Positions 28,484-36,836 of a DNA stretch of 64,000 nucleotides are shown here, piece after piece. Below the pieces are notes generated by a model that saw only the letters and a program-made list of their open reading frames with translations, was not told the origin of the DNA and ran no database searches. A program made the position numbers and the translations under genes. The DNA is taken from the NCBI GenBank assembly GCA_963848635.1, contig CAWKEA010000005.1, positions 426,810 to 490,809 on the forward strand, in the 5' to 3' direction. This DNA is from an uncultured bacterium (lineage in GTDB: Bacteria > Patescibacteriota > Minisyncoccia > Phycocordibacterales > PALSA-1337). Within the stretch, counting starts at the first letter, position 1. The number at the start of each line of letters is the position of its first letter.

Positions 28484-29161
28484 ATGAAAGCAAGGTTAGA
28501 AGATAAATTTAAAGCCATAGAACTAAGGAAGAAAGGCCTTAGTTATAGCGAAATTCAACAGCAAGTGCCTGTATCTAAAGGACTTCTTTCAGGATGGCTG
28601 AAGTATATCAAACTTTCAAGCGAAGAAGAGGAGCATTTAAAAAATATGATAAAGAAAAATCAAGACGCTGGACGCTTGAAGACAATGTTTGCGAATAGAT
28701 CAAGGCGCCTGGCAAGAGAAAAGATTGCTGAGTCTGACGCTGAAGTACTTTTCAAAAAATATATGATCGATCCAGCCTTCATTATTGGTATTGCTTTGTA
28801 TTGGGCAGAAGGCGGCAAGAAATCAGGATGTTTTCAGTTTGTTAATTCTGATCAAGATATGATCTTATTTATGTATAAATGGATACAAAAATTTTTAAAC
28901 ATTCAAACCAATGAAATAAAATGTCGCCTCTATATCCATGCAATACCAGGGTATAAAGATAGTGAGAAGAATTGGTCAAAAAAGCTAGGAATAGAGCCTC
29001 AAATTCTCCAAAAAACAATATATAAGAAAACCAGATATGTTGTAAAGAAAAATCCTGAATACCAAGGATGTTTCCGATTGAATATTGGAAGAATATATAC
29101 TTTAAGGCTTATGAAAGCTTGGCAAAAGCTGTTAATAACGTATTATGGAGCAAGTGTTTGA
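28484..29161 (+). CDS. HTH plus degenerate LAGLIDADG-like domain protein (paralog 1)
   Basis: N-terminal resolvase-like HTH (IELRKKGLSYSEIQQQVPVSKGLLSGWLK). Then FIIGIALYWAEGGKKSGCFQFVNSDQDMILFMYKWIQKF, which matches the LAGLIDADG helix/beta pattern (cf. LYLAGFVDGDGSI...). Stop lies 6 nt before tRNA-Arg. Paralog at 63598. Confidence 0.4.
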   Translation: MKARLEDKFKAIELRKKGLSYSEIQQQVPVSKGLLSGWLKYIKLSSEEEEHLKNMIKKNQDAGRLKTMFANRSRRLAREKIAESDAEVLFKKYMIDPAFIIGIALYWAEGGKKSGCFQFVNSDQDMILFMYKWIQKFLNIQTNEIKCRLYIHAIPGYKDSEKNWSKKLGIEPQILQKTIYKKTRYVVKKNPEYQGCFRLNIGRIYTLRLMKAWQKLLITYYGASV

Positions 29162-29167
29162 GTTAAT

Positions 29168-29240
29168 GCGCCCGTGGCTCAATGGATAGAGCACTTGGCT
29201 TCGGACCAAGGGGTTGGGGGTTCGAGTCCCTCCGGGCGCA
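29168..29240 (+). tRNA. tRNA-Arg(TCG)
   Basis: Cloverleaf checked by hand: acceptor GCGCCCG/CGGGCGC, anticodon loop CTTCGGA, T-loop TTCGAGT, discriminator A. No encoded CCA. Confidence 0.85.
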
Positions 29241-29301
29241 CAAAGATTTTGTAAAAATTAAGTTTTAAGTTATACTGTCGAAGTTATTGTTTTGCATATA
29301 T

Positions 29302-29372
29302 GCGGGTATCGTTTAGTGGTAGGACGCGTCCTTGCCAAGGACGAGGTGGGAGTTCGATTCTCCCTACCCGCA
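29302..29372 (+). tRNA. tRNA-Gly(GCC)
   Basis: Acceptor GCGGGTA/TACCCGC, anticodon loop TTGCCAA, T-loop TTCGATT; 71 nt. Confidence 0.85.
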
Positions 29373-29684
29373 CAACATCTGTTTCTCATCTCAATCGATT
29401 CGATTTATGGCTTCGATCGTATGTTGATTCTTGAATAGATAGGTAAATCACTCAAAAGAGACATTAGAAAGTCGTCTTTTAAGAATGGCTTAAAATATAG
29501 CTTTTTTCCAAAAACTGTGGATAACTCTGTGAATTATGTTCATAAAGGACAAAAAATATGGCTTAAAATCACGAATTGCTGTCCTTTACAGTTTCACATG
29601 AAATGTCAAGATGTCATCTTGACGCATAAACCCTGTTTATAATTTTTTTAACTTTTCTTAATCTCTATTCTGTAGAATTAAGCA

Positions 29685-30062
29685 ATGAATACAAAGAAAA
29701 AGGGCAATCTGTCAGAATCAGTAGTTTGCGATTTCCTCGTTTCACAAGGCTATAGGATCCTCGATCGGAATTATCTACGTAAATGGGGAGAAATCGATAT
29801 TGTAGCCATAAAAGAGGGGAGTTTGCACTTTATTGAAGTCAAAAGCGATTTCAGGGAAAATAAGAGCGATGGCTATCGTGCAGAGGAGCTTATGCATAAT
29901 CTAAAACAAAGACGTTTACGCCGGATGGTGGCGACATATCTAGAAGACAAAAAATATGGACTCGATCATTCGTTCGTCTTTGATTTGGCTATTGTTAGAT
30001 TTGGTAAAAGCGATAATGGAGAGTTGCAAACGGTTTCTTTGCAAGAAAACGTGATCATTTGA
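29685..30062 (+). CDS. yraN: YraN/UPF0102 family endonuclease-like protein
   Basis: 125 aa; DFLVSQGYRILDRNY...GEIDIVAI...HFIEVK motif typical of UPF0102. Confidence 0.7.
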   Translation: MNTKKKGNLSESVVCDFLVSQGYRILDRNYLRKWGEIDIVAIKEGSLHFIEVKSDFRENKSDGYRAEELMHNLKQRRLRRMVATYLEDKKYGLDHSFVFDLAIVRFGKSDNGELQTVSLQENVII

Positions 30063-30127
30063 TACAAATGCTCGATAGAGCCGTTTTCTTCCCATTCAGA
30101 AATCTTCATGCTATGATGACCGCACAC

Positions 30128-30200
30128 CGGGGCGTGGTGTAACGGCTAACATGCCTCTTTTGGGAAGAGGTGACTCCGGGTTCGAATCCCGGCGCCCCGA
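30128..30200 (+). tRNA. tRNA-Pro(TGG)
   Basis: Acceptor CGGGGCG/CGCCCCG, anticodon loop TTTGGGA, T-arm CCGGG-TTCGAAT-CCCGG, discriminator A; 73 nt. Confidence 0.85.
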
Positions 30201-30312
30201 CACGAAGTGGAGGAGTGGTGCGAGTGGAACGAGCACAGGGATTCGAAAAGGCTGAATACATTTCCGAGGACCTGTCCGAGGAAATATGAAGCCTCTACTG
30301 GTCATGTAATGA

Positions 30313-30340
30313 CCGAATCCCGGCGCCCCGACACGAAGTG
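30313..30340 (+). repeat. Direct repeat of the tRNA-Pro 3' end (17 nt of tRNA plus 9 nt flank), att-like scar
   Basis: cgaatcccggcgccccgacacgaagtg at 30314-30340 is identical to 30183-30209. Confidence 0.6.
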
Positions 30341-30388
30341 CGCTGGGCGAGACAGGCGAAGCGTGGCTAGGGATGAGAAAAGGGAAGA

Positions 30389-30459
30389 GCGGGATTAGTT
30401 AAATGGTATAATAACAGTTTTCCAAACTGTGGTCGCGAGTTCGATTCTCGCATCCCGCA
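30389..30459 (+). tRNA. tRNA-Gly(TCC)
   Basis: Acceptor GCGGGAT/ATCCCGC, anticodon stem ACAGT/ACTGT with loop TTTCCAA, T-arm GCGAG-TTCGATT-CTCGC; 71 nt. Confidence 0.8.
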
Positions 30460-30615
30460 CATTAGAGAAATAAAGTAACTTTTCAAGCAATATGCGTTTT
30501 GCTTCATCTTTTGCATTGATATATAATAGTCACGTAAAAAACTACTTGTTCGATAGTAATTAGGTGTTACTGAAATCAGTATTTAGTATCTAAAAGGAAC
30601 TATGGCATATTTTAA

Positions 30616-30903
30616 ATTAAAGCTCCTTTTAACACTTGGACACTGCTCACTATTACCTACGATGGTACGACCGAAAAACTCTATGCGAATGGCACTTTCC
30701 AGTCATCATGGAATCCTCCGTTTCCGTTCGCTCTTCAGAGTGGAGATCCTTTGTCTATCGCTCGTTCATCTTGGACTCCTTTCACCGATATGGCCCAAGG
30801 TTTTGTCAGTGAAGTCCGTATCTATAATGAAGCTTTAACAGCTGATGGTGTTAATGCTCTCTATGCTCTAAGCGCCCCAAGATACAAAATTGCTTTGAAG
30901 TAA
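30616..30903 (+). pseudogene. C-terminal fragment of a LamG-domain protein (related to the LamG pilin at 55991), no start codon
   Basis: Stop-to-stop frame gives IKAPFNTWTLLTITYDGTTEKLYANGTFQSS...GFVSEVRIYNEALTADGVNALY..., the LamG C-terminal consensus (..DG....LYvNG... / ..DEVRIYNRAL). No ATG/GTG/TTG start, and no pilin N-terminus. Confidence 0.5.
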
Positions 30904-31053
30904 GACGAGATATATAGTCATATAAAGAATAGATGTCCTCTGACTGTTGATATGGTGTGTTTCGTGCGGTGATTGTTTATGATAATCTTTTTTACGAAAC
31001 TCAAAAGCCGCCATTTGGCGGCTTTTGATTCTCCGAGAGAACGACGTAAATTG

Positions 31054-31326
31054 TTATTTAACTGCGTCCTTGAGAGCTTTTGCGGCGCGGAACTTCGGGA
31101 CTTTCATGGCTGCGACCTTGATCGCTTCGCCAGTGCGAGGATTTCTCGCTTCGCGGGCCGCACGCATCTTGACTGAGAAAATGCCAAGACCGGCGATCGA
31201 CACCTCTTCTCCCTTCTTCAATGAATCGATGATGGCATTGAGGGCTGCTTCAACGGCCTGCTCTGCCTGGACCTTTGTGCCGCCCAAAACTGCGTGTACT
31301 GCTTCGACGATTCCTGCTTTGTTCAT
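31054..31326 (-). CDS. hup: DNA-binding protein HU
   Basis: 90 aa; MNKAGIVEAV...GFGIFSV..RAAREARNPRTGE.I.VAA..VPKFRAAKALKDAV. Confidence 0.85.
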   Translation of the reverse strand: MNKAGIVEAVHAVLGGTKVQAEQAVEAALNAIIDSLKKGEEVSIAGLGIFSVKMRAAREARNPRTGEAIKVAAMKVPKFRAAKALKDAVK

Positions 31327-31367
31327 ATGTTTTTTCTATTATGTTTATAAAGACTGCTTTCTTCCGG

Positions 31368-31570
31368 CTGCGCTCGGACATTGTGTACGCAAGCGTCCAC
31401 ATGCTCCTCGCTTGTCGGAATAAAGATTACTATATTTCGACTGCGCTCGGACATTGTGTACGCAAGCGTCCACATGCTCCTCGCTTGTCGGAATAAAGAT
31501 TACTATATTTCGACTGCGCTCGGACATTGTGTACGCAAGCGTCCACATGCTCCTCGCTTGTCGGAATAAA
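31368..31570. repeat. 73-bp tandem repeat, about 2.8 copies, upstream of hup
   Basis: Unit ctgcgctcggacattgtgtacgcaagcgtccacatgctcctcgcttgtcggaataaagattactatatttcga starts at 31368, 31441 and 31514. Internal dyads (ggac..gtcc, caagcg..cgcttg). The short ORFs across it merely repeat the same peptide. Confidence 0.85.
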
Positions 31571-31754
31571 ATTGCCACCTCCACCGCCAAAACGATGGAT
31601 ATTGACCTGATTACATTATATAACTCCTGTAAATCGGCGCAATAGAGCCAAAATTGCGACATATTTTGCCAAAAAGCGCCAAATTTTATCACTACAACTT
31701 GAAAAACAGCGCAGCGGAAGTTCTCAAAAATTCTCTGTTCGGTAAAATTAAGTC

Positions 31755-31961
31755 ATGAAATCCATACTTGATGTCAAAAACAAGGTTGATCTCTTTGAAA
31801 AAAGTAAAATACGTCATAAATGGCATGATGGTAGGTGGTTTTTCTCTGTTATTGATATCGTCAGAGCATTGACTGATTCTACGTCTATAGATGGGCGGCA
31901 CCATAAGGAAAATATGTCTGATTTAAAGGGTATTTTAAGTCTTTTTGTAAGTTATCCGTGA
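31755..31961 (+). pseudogene. DinD/Bro-N N-terminal-like fragment ending at an in-frame TGA
   Basis: FEKSKIRHKWHDGRWFFSVIDIVRALTDS matches the N-terminal segment of DinD/Bro-N (FEEIRHYG..G.EFWSAREL.PLL) that the dinD gene at 24739 lacks. A single TGA (31959-31961) separates it from the same-frame ORF 31962..32903. Confidence 0.4.
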
Positions 31962-32903
31962 TTGGTGGTGTCGCAAGATACTGCTTGCCGCGAAGGTTTC
32001 AACCTTGAAGCGCTTCGTCGTGCCGAGCATGCCGCCAAGGAAGACAAAGTTTTTCTGAGTGGCTATGCTAAAGGTGTTCTTATACTCGGTATTTCGGCTC
32101 TCAGCCCGAAAAAGGCAGAGAAGTTCATCGCCGCTTGCGGCGGTTGGAAGTCGCACACTAATTGGGCACTTGGAGTGCTTGATGGTGAAAAAGGCGAAAT
32201 TCGCCAAAACAAGGCAGGCACGTGTTGGATTATTGATCTCGCGTCCCCTCGCCGAACAGTCATGTTCGCATGGACAAGCGGTCCGCGCGAGACACGACTT
32301 GCAGGACCTCGCCTCAACACCACTAACGGTGGCGCTCATTGGTGCGGGCTTATCTCGGAGACGACCCCATTCAATTTGGAGAAGTCGCCGAATGCCGTCG
32401 CATTCTTGCAACGAGCAAAAAATTGCTTTGCTGAGCATGGGATGACTCCTGCACAATGGGAAAAGGCGGAAAATTATCGCCGGTGCAAAGAGGCAGAACG
32501 GGCGACGAGTGTTCGCGAAGCGGCACGAGTTGCTTGTCTCGCTGATGGTCAACCGTGGTGCTACGGTGGCTATGGCCCACAGTACGGTTCAGAATACCTC
32601 GCTGTTGCGGAAGAGATTGCCGGATCAGAGGGTGCATTTCCTGTCGATCTGTCCGATCAAATCCGCGCTCGGTTTGCCGCCAAACGGCAGGCTGAAGAGG
32701 AAGCCCGGCTCATGGTCGAGCTCGAAGCTGAGCAAGTCCACATTGCCGCAGAAAAGGCCAAGGTGGAGGCTGAGGCGAAACGGCAGACTGAAATCGAAGT
32801 CACTTGTCGTATTACTGGGATTTATCCTGGACAATGGCAGACAATGACTCAAAAACAGCAACGGCTTGCGCTTCATCGTGCTCGTCTTGCCGGTAAAATA
32901 TAG
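31962..32903 (+). CDS. Hypothetical protein in a GC-richer segment, in frame with the preceding fragment
   Basis: 313-aa ORF, noticeably GC-richer than flanking DNA; C-terminal A/E/K-rich coiled coil. A TTG start is immediately after the stop. No family recognised. Confidence 0.35.
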   Translation: MVVSQDTACREGFNLEALRRAEHAAKEDKVFLSGYAKGVLILGISALSPKKAEKFIAACGGWKSHTNWALGVLDGEKGEIRQNKAGTCWIIDLASPRRTVMFAWTSGPRETRLAGPRLNTTNGGAHWCGLISETTPFNLEKSPNAVAFLQRAKNCFAEHGMTPAQWEKAENYRRCKEAERATSVREAARVACLADGQPWCYGGYGPQYGSEYLAVAEEIAGSEGAFPVDLSDQIRARFAAKRQAEEEARLMVELEAEQVHIAAEKAKVEAEAKRQTEIEVTCRITGIYPGQWQTMTQKQQRLALHRARLAGKI

Positions 32904-33323
32904 GTTGAAGTTGAACCTTTAAAACTTTCCTCTAACCCATTGAGCGAATGGGTTGTGAATTTGAAAATGATACAAGCGTCGCTAGCGGCTCTTGTATAAA
33001 GGATCTACTCACAGCGTGATGGAGAACCCATCGGCGTAAGAGTTGGCAAAAGATCCACGCTCAAGGATTACCTAACCTTGAGCACTTTGTTGAGTTTATC
33101 GTCGATAACGGTGAATTCATAGAGTGAATGTTCTTTACAAAATTTCTTCATAGCGACTTGTCGATATATCAACGTTCCTAGACGTTGGTTCCAATTTTGC
33201 CGGGGGCGAGGCACAAACACCCAACGTGTCTTGCCACGTGAAGCGCAAGGCGTAGACGGCCATATCGCATGGAGCCGGGTGCATAATGAGAGTGCGGTTT
33301 TCTTTTGCTCATTTTCCTTTTTC

Positions 33324-34856
33324 TTATCTTGCAAAATCGATGACACGGGTCTCACGGATGACAGTGACTTTGATCTCACCAGGATATTTGAGGTCTTTTT
33401 CTATGCGCAGAGCTATGTCACGCGCGGTATTTCTGGCTTCAAGGTCAGTGAGGTCTTCAGGCTTGACGAAAATACGGATTTCACGGCCGGCTTGGAGGGC
33501 GTAGGCTTTCTCGACTCCTTTAAATGAATTTGCTATAGCCTCAAGATCGCCGAGGCGTTTCAGATAGTTCTCGACGCTGTCTTTTCTTGCGCCGGGGCGA
33601 GCGCCGGATATGGCGTCGGCAGTCTGGACGATGCGCGATTCCACGGTCTCATAAGGGTGTTCCTCATGATGAGCTTGCATAGCCTTGACTATTTCTTCGC
33701 TGACACCGAATTTTTGCAAAATGCGGCGGCCTATCTCCACATGAGTGCCGGCAACCTCATGGTCGAGAGCCTTGCCTATGTCATGGAGCAGGGCGCCAGC
33801 CTTTGCCACGGCTACATTGGCCCCTATTTCTTCTGCGATCATACCTGCTATATGGGCCATCTCTATTGAATGCTGGAGGACATTCTGACCGTAGCTAGTG
33901 CGGAAATGAAGACGGCCGAGCATCAATAGCACTCGCGGGTCAAGCCCTACTACGCCGCATTCATAAGCCGCTTCCTCGCCTTTTTGCTTGATTATTTTAT
34001 TTATATCGTTATGAGCCTCCTCTACAACTTTTTCTATCTTTGCGGGCTGGATACGGCCGTCTTTTATGAGGTTTTCCAGGGCAAGACGGGCGACATGCCG
34101 CCGCACGGGGTCAAAAGACGATATGGTTATCATTCCAGGCGTGTCATCGACGAGGACTTCCACTCCGGTTATACGCTCAAAGGCTTTTATATTGCGGCCT
34201 TCCTTACCTATGATCTTGCCTTTTATCTCATCATTCGGGATGCTTACAGCTGTCGACATGATGTCCGAAGCGACCGAATTGGCCATGCGCTGTATCGATA
34301 TGGCCAATATGTCCTGAGCTTTTCTTTCGAGCCTCTCCTCTCCATTTGCCTCTAATTTTTGTATTCGCGCAAGGATATCGGTTTCAGTGCTTTTTTCCAC
34401 AGTCTGCATTATCTCTTTTTTTGCTTCTTCTGCAGACAATCCAGCCGCTCTCTCCAGGGCTTTTTTACGATCTTCTTCGAGCTTGTCCGCGCGGTCCTTT
34501 ATCTGTCTTATCTCGACCGCCCGTTCTTTGATGATCTCTGCCTCTCTGTCTATATCCGTTTGACGCTTGTCGAGCAGATCCTCCTTTTTTATGAGGCGCG
34601 ATTCGGTCTGTTGGATCTTCTCTTCTTTTTCCCTTGTCTCTCTGCGCGTCTCTTCGAGGGCCACGCTGGCTTTCGATTCGGCATCGCTCGTTATCTTTTT
34701 TGCCTCTTCTTTTGCGGCAAGGAGCATCTCCTTTATTTCGAGCTCCATCGAGCCTTTTTTGCCGAGGGATATGATGAAGCGCAGATAGTACCCGACGCCA
34801 AGCCCGATCAATCCCGCAATGATCGCACATATAAGAACCACTAATTTTGATACCAT
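33324..34856 (-). CDS. rny: Ribonuclease Y
   Basis: N-terminal TM, coiled coil, KH domain (IGKEGRNIKAFERITGVEV), HD domain (HSIEMAHIAGMIAEEIG...LLHDIGKA). Confidence 0.85.
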   Translation of the reverse strand: MVSKLVVLICAIIAGLIGLGVGYYLRFIISLGKKGSMELEIKEMLLAAKEEAKKITSDAESKASVALEETRRETREKEEKIQQTESRLIKKEDLLDKRQTDIDREAEIIKERAVEIRQIKDRADKLEEDRKKALERAAGLSAEEAKKEIMQTVEKSTETDILARIQKLEANGEERLERKAQDILAISIQRMANSVASDIMSTAVSIPNDEIKGKIIGKEGRNIKAFERITGVEVLVDDTPGMITISSFDPVRRHVARLALENLIKDGRIQPAKIEKVVEEAHNDINKIIKQKGEEAAYECGVVGLDPRVLLMLGRLHFRTSYGQNVLQHSIEMAHIAGMIAEEIGANVAVAKAGALLHDIGKALDHEVAGTHVEIGRRILQKFGVSEEIVKAMQAHHEEHPYETVESRIVQTADAISGARPGARKDSVENYLKRLGDLEAIANSFKGVEKAYALQAGREIRIFVKPEDLTDLEARNTARDIALRIEKDLKYPGEIKVTVIRETRVIDFAR

Positions 34857-34939
34857 ATTCGATTGCGAAACGCCTTCTTAGAGGCTCTTCTGAAGCAATT
34901 TAGGGCTGAGTATTCTTTCGTTCTGTTTTTCTTTGTCTT

Positions 34940-36170
34940 TCCAGTGATTGTTTCATAAAGTCGTTAAAAAGCGAGTTTCAAATTTAAATTAAGTAATGCA
35001 ATCATAATACAATATGCGCGAGGAATTGCAAGAGGTTGAATAACCCCACCCATCTTTGCACTTTTCTGGTAATTGATTCACATAATACTCGGAAGAGGTC
35101 AGCACTTCAAGCGGCACCAATTTGTTCTTGAAAGCACAGTGCACTCTTTTGGTGTTGTAGAAGGTCAAATATTCCTTCAACTTTTCATTAAATTTGGTAG
35201 TGTCATCAAAGAGTATGTTGACATTGTAATCAACGAACTCTTCTTGGATGGTACCATTGAAGCTCTCACAGTGAGCATTCATCTTGGGAGTCTTCGGATA
35301 TGTGTGGTAGTGAGTGATGTTGTTCTTTGTAAGTAAGGCGTCAAGATGTAGCTTGAATTCTGATCCGTTGTCAGTCAGTACATTCTTGATTTCATACGGA
35401 AACATCTGCATGATCAGGTAGAAGAAATGAGCAAACGTCTTTGAAGAATGTGACTTGGTAGCGATTGCGTAGGTAGTGCGTGAATATATGTCGATTGCAG
35501 TTAAAATGTACATCCTACGACCATTTCTCTGTTTCTCAATGGTATCGAGTGCCAAAACGTGTCCGGGGTACGTTGGCACCAAGTCCTTGGGCTTTCTAAG
35601 CACTTTCTTGCGATTGGTTTTCTTGATCTTGCCAAAGTGTGACACTTTCTGCGGGAATGTCCGGAGGCCACCCATGTCAGTGATTAGTCTTTCAATAGTT
35701 GATGGTTTTGGACACTTCTCAATTCCAAAAGCATCACAGAAGTCCAGAAGCAACGGGTATAGCTTTTCTGCGCCGAGGTTTGGATGATCGACCCGTAACT
35801 TCCGAAGCTCCTCAAGTATGCGGAAATCCCAAGTTCTTTTTCTCTTCTTTTGAGGTGTTCTTTTGCCAGGATTCAAGGCTTCGACTTTGCCATTGCCTTC
35901 ATCCAATTTCTTCTTCCAATTGAACAAAGTCCGTCTGGAAACCTTGAATGCGTCCATGGCTGAATCGAGCCCATACTTACCCCAATGTATTAATATTTTG
36001 TACCTTTCCTGCGCTTGTTTGGTGATCATATGATGATACCTTACCGCGTAGTTCAAGACTGTGACAAATCCTTTAATTCCCCTGCGTTTTGATTGTATTC
36101 TCATGTTGCGCCCATGTAATTAATGAGTGCAATATGTATCTGAGGTTAGTCAGAGGTGCGGCAAAAGATA
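34940..36170 (-). mobile_element. IS481-family insertion sequence between rny and clpP (ends approximate)
   Basis: Single transposase ORF fills the intergenic gap between two core genes. Terminal inverted repeats could not be defined by eye. Confidence 0.45.
34989..36104 (-). CDS. IS481-family DDE transposase (rve integrase core)
   Basis: N-terminal HTH; catalytic core with HVLALDTIE ... TDNGSEF ... KTPKMNAHCESFNGT (D, D, E spacing typical of IS481/rve). Confidence 0.7.
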   Translation of the reverse strand: MRIQSKRRGIKGFVTVLNYAVRYHHMITKQAQERYKILIHWGKYGLDSAMDAFKVSRRTLFNWKKKLDEGNGKVEALNPGKRTPQKKRKRTWDFRILEELRKLRVDHPNLGAEKLYPLLLDFCDAFGIEKCPKPSTIERLITDMGGLRTFPQKVSHFGKIKKTNRKKVLRKPKDLVPTYPGHVLALDTIEKQRNGRRMYILTAIDIYSRTTYAIATKSHSSKTFAHFFYLIMQMFPYEIKNVLTDNGSEFKLHLDALLTKNNITHYHTYPKTPKMNAHCESFNGTIQEEFVDYNVNILFDDTTKFNEKLKEYLTFYNTKRVHCAFKNKLVPLEVLTSSEYYVNQLPEKCKDGWGYSTSCNSSRILYYDCIT

Positions 36171-36256
36171 AAGATTACATTTTGGACACAAAAAACAGCA
36201 CATTTGAGAATATACAGTTTTTTTGAATAATGCTCATTTACCCGAATTTGTATGAT

Positions 36257-36832
36257 TTACAAGATTTTATCTATGATGCCGTATTTTTTCGCCTCGTTCG
36301 CATCCATGAAGAAATCTCGCTCAACATCCTTTTCGACTTTTGACAGAAGCTGGCCGGTATTTTCAGCAAGCATCCTGTTGAGGTTTTCTCGGAGCTTGAC
36401 GATATGCTTAGCGCTTATCTCGATATCTGTCGCTTGTCCCTCGGTTCCGCCATGTGGCTGATGTATCATGACTTCCGCATTCGGCATAGCAAGCCGTTTG
36501 CCTTTCTTGCCAGCAGAGAGAATGATAGCGGCACCAGAAGCGGCCATTCCCACGCATACAGTGGAGACATCGTTTTTGATGTTGTTCATGGTGTCGATGA
36601 TCGCTAGAGCGGCTGTGACTGCGCCGCCAGGAGAATTGATGTACAACGAGATGTCTTTTTTTGGATCTTGAGACTGGAGAAAGAGAAACTGAGCGATGAC
36701 GATATTTGCCACCGTGTCATCGATGGGTCCGGTCAAGAATACTATGTTTTCCTTTAAAAGGCGCGAATATATATCATAAGCGCGCTCGCCGAAATTCGTT
36801 TTTTCTATGACTGTTGGGATGAGTATGGACAT
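36257..36832 (-). CDS. clpP: ATP-dependent Clp protease proteolytic subunit
   Basis: [19 protein letters not shown]...[29 protein letters not shown]. Start at internal Met (MSILIP), since the longer ORF runs into dispersed repeat copy C. Confidence 0.85.
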   Translation of the reverse strand: MSILIPTVIEKTNFGERAYDIYSRLLKENIVFLTGPIDDTVANIVIAQFLFLQSQDPKKDISLYINSPGGAVTAALAIIDTMNNIKNDVSTVCVGMAASGAAIILSAGKKGKRLAMPNAEVMIHQPHGGTEGQATDIEISAKHIVKLRENLNRMLAENTGQLLSKVEKDVERDFFMDANEAKKYGIIDKIL

Positions 36833-36836
36833 TGGT

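Noticed and set aside
30111-30398. ORFs 30111..30305 (-) and 30207..30398 (+)
   Set aside because: They overlap tRNA-Pro, the att-like repeat and tRNA-Gly(TCC), so they are non-coding.
30389-30459. Initial reading of this tRNA as tRNA-Trp(CCA)
   Set aside because: Re-folding with a 5-bp anticodon stem ACAGT/ACTGT and 7-nt loop TTTCCAA places TCC at positions 34-36 with U33 and A37. The CCA reading requires a 5-nt loop.
31368-31570. CRISPR array
   Set aside because: The repeats are contiguous with no unique spacers, and the 73-bp unit is much longer than CRISPR repeats. The same reasoning applies to the 13-bp x5 and 175-bp x2 arrays.
31275-31645. Several 60-75-aa ORFs on both strands across the 73-bp tandem repeat (all ending ...ALGHCVRKRPHAPRLSE)
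   Set aside because: They are the same repeat translated repeatedly. No independent start/RBS logic. Treated as a non-coding repeat.
31959-31961. Alternative genetic code (TGA read as Gly or Trp, as in some small-genome lineages)
   Set aside because: TGA terminates well-conserved genes here at their expected C-termini (for example pgk at 52435-52437). Conserved genes show no internal TGA, so the standard code 11 applies genome-wide.
31935-32552. 205-aa minus-strand ORF in the GC-richer segment
   Set aside because: The plus-strand ORF 31962..32903 is longer and more protein-like. The minus-strand product is Cys/Arg-rich and low-complexity. Kept only the plus-strand call, itself at low confidence.
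34346-34844. Plus- and minus-strand Arg-rich ORFs inside rny (34359..34844, 34465..34830)
   Set aside because: Shadow ORFs within RNase Y, caused by its K/E-rich coiled-coil region. rny has KH and HD signatures.
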